DNA of 64,000 nt from Microthyrium microscopicum. Taxonomy: Eukaryota. Position numbers and translations under genes: made by a program. The notes beneath the pieces were generated by a model, which was not told the DNA's origin, did not search any database, and saw only the letters and a program-made list of their open reading frames with translations. Positions within the stretch are counted from its first letter, which is position 1. Each line of letters opens with the position of its first letter. The stretch covers positions 375,256 through 439,255 of the forward strand of contig MU004245.1 of the NCBI GenBank assembly GCA_010405405.1. Reading direction: 5' to 3'. Of this stretch, positions 61,186-64,000 are shown piece after piece.

Positions 61186-61478
61186 GGCATACCGTGGATC
61201 GCAGTATAGATACTAGAGTGTCCAATAAGCAGGTAATTCGGAACGAGAGTAAAGTTTACGCACCGGTTTGTAGTAGGGGTAAGCATACTGAGGGGCCAGA
61301 ACTGCCCATTGCCCCGGTGTATACGACATTTTATCTTCTGAATATGTTGATGGTGACTGCACGCAGGCGGTGATTTGGCGATGCCTTCAATGATTCCTCT
61401 TGATGGTGATAGTGATAGTGATGGTGATGCAAACGCGGGGCCTTGCCTAAAGATTCTAGCGCTGTTGAGAGTTGGTCA

Positions 61479-61981
61479 TCACTGGGAGCCACTTCCTTCT
61501 CCCGGTGTATTCTGCTCCCCGTCTTTCTTCAGGCTATTCATAAGCTCGTATAATTGTCCGAGTTGCTCATCTGCAAATATCAGTAGTCGAACAAAGCAAC
61601 AAAGGAGTATGCAACTTACCGCTCATTTTATCCAGCTTTTGCTTATCTAGTTTGCCTTCCTTCCAGGCGTCTCCTTCAATTTGCTGAGCATACGTTTGCC
61701 ATTCGCTCAAGAAACCAATCTACATCATCAGCAACGAATCTTTAGGACATTGGCATTCAATCGCGTACTATATGTGCTGGATTGTCCACAGTCCTGTGGG
61801 CCCGGAACTCCGATTTGACATACAGATCACCCAACACTCTATGATCGTTTGGAAGCTTTCGATGTGCCCGTAAAATTCGACGATAAAGAGGAATGGCAGG
61901 AAGGAGCGCGGCAGGGCGGGAGTGCAAAAGGCTGTTGGCTGAAGAGTCCGTAGACGCTAATAGCCGTTGAATGACTCTCAT
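61479..61981 (-). CDS. SDH7: Succinate dehydrogenase assembly factor 3 (Sdh7/Acn9, LYR family)
   Basis: [35 protein letters not shown] and [11 protein letters not shown]; two predicted introns. Confidence 0.93.
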
Positions 61982-62305
61982 AATGAGTTTAGGGATATAG
62001 TAAATCAAAAGCTGGCAGTATATATATCAATTATGCATCGCAAGAAGCTCGACAGCTTGTATTATAAAAAAAAGTGTAGCCTCGGATCCTCGGATGGATG
62101 ACGCGCGCATAAATTGCAAACATTGAAATGAGGCTCTGCGGCACACGGCATGCCGATCCTGCCATCTCGGTCCGTGGCTATTTTTACTACACCCGTCGAT
62201 TCCAGAATCCTCTTCTTCCAAGCTTTATCCCGTCCTTCTATTCCTTCTGCTGAACGACTATAGACTGAGCCTCGCAAGCAAGCGAATCTATCCACCTTCG
62301 AAGAA

Positions 62306-63094
62306 ATGCTCCCAACCCCATCAACTTCGCATGTGTCGTTTGACAATGTATACGAGCCTTCAGAGGATTCATTCTTACTCCTTGATACCTTGTCAAGCGC
62401 GTCTGAAGTCGAGTTCTTGAAGACGCGTTTTCCCAAGAATGAAGCTGTACCTGTTATCGCAGAGGTAGGAGTTGGCTCTGGTGTCGTGCTGGCCTTCGCA
62501 AACGCGCACGCTACTGAAATATTTGGCAAACCTCATGTGCTTACTCTGGCCATCGACATCAATCGCCACGCTTGCGAAGCGACTCGCCAGACAGTAGAGA
62601 AAGCCAGCACTGACCTTGCTGGGTCACAAGTATCAGTGGGAACATTTCTGGGCTCGATACAAGCAGATCTTGGTTCTGCTATGCGAAGCGGCGTAGTCGA
62701 CGTGCTCATCTTCAATCCACCATACGTGCCTTCTGAGGAGTCTCTCGCTGACTTGCGTGATGTTGCACTATCAGAGCCTCAATTCAAAGCCTCGTCAAGT
62801 GCCAAATTTGAGCGTGATTCAAAACTCTTGGCTCTATCATACGCTGGCGGCGCAGATGGCATGGAAACGACAAACATACTACTCTCAGACCTCCCACGGA
62901 TTTTGAATGAACGCCGTGGGGTCGCTTATATTCTACTCTGTGCACAAAACAAGCCTGCTGCTGTCATGGAATATATCAAGAGCTGGCATGCCAACTGGAA
63001 CGTCGAAGTAGTAGGCCACAGTGGTAAGACAGCAGGCTGGGAAGTACTTCAGGTTCTTCGAGTATGGCCAGACAATCTTCCTCACTCAAAATAG
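62306..63094 (+). CDS. MTQ2: eRF1 glutamine N5-methyltransferase (HemK2/N6AMT1)
   Basis: MLPTP, VYEPSEDSFLLLD, EVGVGSG, FNPPYVP, YAGGADGME and AGWEVL. Confidence 0.93.
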   Translation: MLPTPSTSHVSFDNVYEPSEDSFLLLDTLSSASEVEFLKTRFPKNEAVPVIAEVGVGSGVVLAFANAHATEIFGKPHVLTLAIDINRHACEATRQTVEKASTDLAGSQVSVGTFLGSIQADLGSAMRSGVVDVLIFNPPYVPSEESLADLRDVALSEPQFKASSSAKFERDSKLLALSYAGGADGMETTNILLSDLPRILNERRGVAYILLCAQNKPAAVMEYIKSWHANWNVEVVGHSGKTAGWEVLQVLRVWPDNLPHSK

Positions 63095-64000
63095 CATGTG
63101 GGAATTGGGCTTTAGAGTCCTAGAAGTTGGAGATACTGTTGCCGTTGTGTCGGGATGAATATGCCACTTGTTCTCAGACCAGCTGGGCCTTCAAAGTGCA
63201 AAGCCGCGGGGAATTGTTATGCGCATGAACTGCTCGACGAGCCCGAACAGGGTCCTGCCGCGATGGGTTCAAAGACGATCTCATTGAATATGAGCAGTAA
63301 CGCTGAAATGAATTGTGCAACGGAAGTAGCACAAGAATCTTGAGCTACCAATCATACGCTTGTCAACGAGTCGGCAAAATATATGACGCGCTCCCTTCAG
63401 CCTCGTTGACTCCCAGACGCTACGCTCTCCATCAGTATCGATCCGAGCCATCAGACGACAAAAACTGCAATCCAGTATGAAACGTAGTACCTCATCTTTA
63501 CTGCTCTTTCCGTCCGGAACTGTTCGTCTTCAGTTACGAGTAACCTTGATGAACCCTAAATCCAACTGGCAAACCGCTACCTTGTTGTTGATAGTATAGT
63601 ACCAATGAGCCGTTGCTGACGATGACTACAAGCAATCAGTGGCACGTTCTCTCCTACCCGTATATCCAGTATCATCCATACAGCTTTGCTCCTATGGCCA
63701 TGGGCAATGATCGCCGAATCGAGCGTCTCTACAGACTGTTATATGCTAGTCAGTTTGAGAGCTTCCAAATTGAACGATGCCATCCATACCAACTATTTCG
63801 CACAGTCCATCGGGAAGATACATTCGATTGTCTGGTGGACAGTTGCAGCAGTTATCATCGCAGAAATGGTATGCGTCACAACTACCATCTGCTAGTCGAG
63901 GGCAGCAATCATCTTCGTCTCCAATCTGGCCCACGACCACGTTTAGTAGAAGGCCGAAAATGGATAATAGAGGTTGAAGGTGCATGATATCGAATATAAA

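Noticed and set aside
63380..63987. Possible spliced gene ending at 63987
   Set aside because: A branch and acceptor are plausible near 63615-63631, but no start or homology can be supported at the window edge.

Overview
Eukaryotic DNA from a filamentous ascomycete (Pezizomycotina-type): short GT-AG introns with CTRAC branch points, and AT-rich repeats mutated by repeat-induced point mutation (RIP). The left part holds core genes (SEC39, MSL5/BBP, ATG2). An accessory stretch follows: a frameshifted HSL-type esterase, a NACHT NLR-like gene, an MFS transporter and a Zn2Cys6-type transcription factor pseudogene ending at a MITE that carries a nested mini LTR element. MOB1 and a DUF3176 gene come next. 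A 15.4 kb RIP block (27298-42686) resolves into one full-length LINE with an 11-bp target-site duplication (TSD), interrupted just after its RT catalytic motif by a full-length chromodomain Gypsy element. To the right are a LaeA/Tam-like methyltransferase, a HET-domain gene, metacaspase MCA1, a second MFS transporter, an SGNH hydrolase, a tandem pair of unknown paralogs, a carboxylesterase, a small CAAX protein, SDH7 and MTQ2. The most interesting signals are three. (1) The intron splitting the KH domain of the branchpoint-binding protein carries five branch-point motifs, a candidate autoregulatory switch. (2) A 312-nt metacaspase intron is packed with hairpins. (3) The 1.2 kb non-autonomous LTR element has a self-priming site with the same core and spacing as the autonomous Gypsy element nearby. 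All calls come from reading motifs by eye; no searches or folding programs were run, and exon boundaries are predictions.
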